Below, piece by piece: positions 63,010 through 63,830 of a DNA stretch of 63,830 bases. The stretch covers positions 95,215,961-95,279,790 of the forward strand of contig NC_068984.1 of NCBI RefSeq assembly GCF_001194135.2, read 5' to 3'. Origin of the DNA: Octopus bimaculoides. Taxonomy: Eukaryota. The position numbers and the translations under genes are program-made. The first letter of the stretch is position 1. Each line of letters starts with the position of its first letter. The notes beneath the pieces are model-generated. The model saw only the letters and a list, made by a program, of their open reading frames with translations. It did not search any database and was not told the origin of the DNA.

Positions 63010-63830
63010 CTAAAGGAGATGCAGTTTGGTTTTATGCCAGGGAGAAGTACTATTGATGCTTTCTTTCTAGTAGGACAACTACTGAGAAATATGTAGCCAA
63101 AAGTAAACCCCTGTACTTATTGACATGGAGAAAATCTTTGACAGGGTCCCTTGCTCCCTGATCTGGAGTTAGTTGATGAATAGCTGGTGAGAGCTGTTCA
63201 AACTTTGTATAGAGTTGCTGTCTGTAAAGTGAGAGTTAACGAGTACAGAATGAATTTAGTGTGCTAATAAAAATGGTTCTCTGTTCCATCCTATTCTTCA
63301 TATTCCTCCAGGCCATAAAGAATGAATTTACTACTGGTTTCCCATGAGTACTCCTCTATGCTAATGACTTTGTTCTTAGAGCTCAATCTGTAGTAAAAGA
63401 AAAGAAATTCTAGGTGTGGAAGCAAAACCTGGAATCAAAGGGCCTTTAACCCTTTAGCATTTAAACCAGAGGCTTATAAATGCCAAAACCCTCCCTGGCG
63501 AAGAATGTGCACCCCAACACAGATTAGTAGTTAGCGACTTCGAGATCAAAGCAATATGGGTGCCCAGAAGTAGACCGGCTTGGAGGAGAAGGGTATGGAA
63601 ACTTAAAGACCCTGCAAATGGACAGAGACTTAGAGACAAGTTACTTGAAGCATTTGACGAAATAGAAGGGGATATAGCATCATACAACGTGGAAGACAAT
63701 TGGAGATTTCTGCGGGACAACCTGTTGAGAGCCACAGACCAGATCTGTGGCTGGTGTAAAGTCCCCTCTTGACCCAGAGTAACGTGGAACAAGGATGTAG
63801 ACAGGGCTATTAGACAAAAGAAACAGGCTT
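63010..63830 (+). mobile_element. RTE family A fragments (degenerate RT piece, then a younger copy running off the window end)
   Basis: MQFGFMPGRST, DMEK.FDRVP; then MPRSRPAWRRRVWKLKDPANGQR, closely similar to 38890-39200. Confidence 0.85.

Noticed and set aside
1-63830. CRISPR arrays, operons or other prokaryote-type systems
   Set aside because: No regularly spaced repeat-spacer array and no dense intronless genes; the window is intron-rich eukaryotic DNA.

Overview
This is eukaryotic, AT-rich, microsatellite- and transposon-dense genomic DNA with several N gaps. The repeat families (tRNA-derived SINEs with internal microsatellites, RTE LINEs with (GAT)n tails, Dong/R4 LINEs) suggest an octopus or other cephalopod genome; this is inference from repeat content only. 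One host gene is present: a + strand Ras-related GTP-binding protein C/D (RagC/D, mTORC1 amino-acid sensing). I reconstructed it by hand as 8 GT-AG coding exons from 25282 to 56365 (1119 nt, 372 aa plus stop, all splice phases compatible). The initiator Met probably lies in an unseen upstream exon. Everything else I could identify is decayed or nested mobile DNA: Tigger/pogo interrupted by a piggyBac, a mariner interrupted by a hAT-Charlie element, two Dong/R4 fragments, an L1/Tx1-like LINE, three RTE families, two CsRn1-like Gypsy elements, two SINE families and a 271-bp fold-back MITE. The main leads are: (i) the RagC switch-II motif reads WDLPGH rather than the conserved WDFPGQ; (ii) two other departures from the RagC consensus (HKVDS for HKVDG, INYNF for IDYNF) would each be reverted by one A-to-I edit, one in an ideal UAG context; (iii) a 124-bp-arm hairpin lies in the probable 3' UTR; (iv) an antisense intronic LTR carries NRF1-, ETS- and YY1-like motifs. 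No prokaryote-type system such as CRISPR or an operon is supported.
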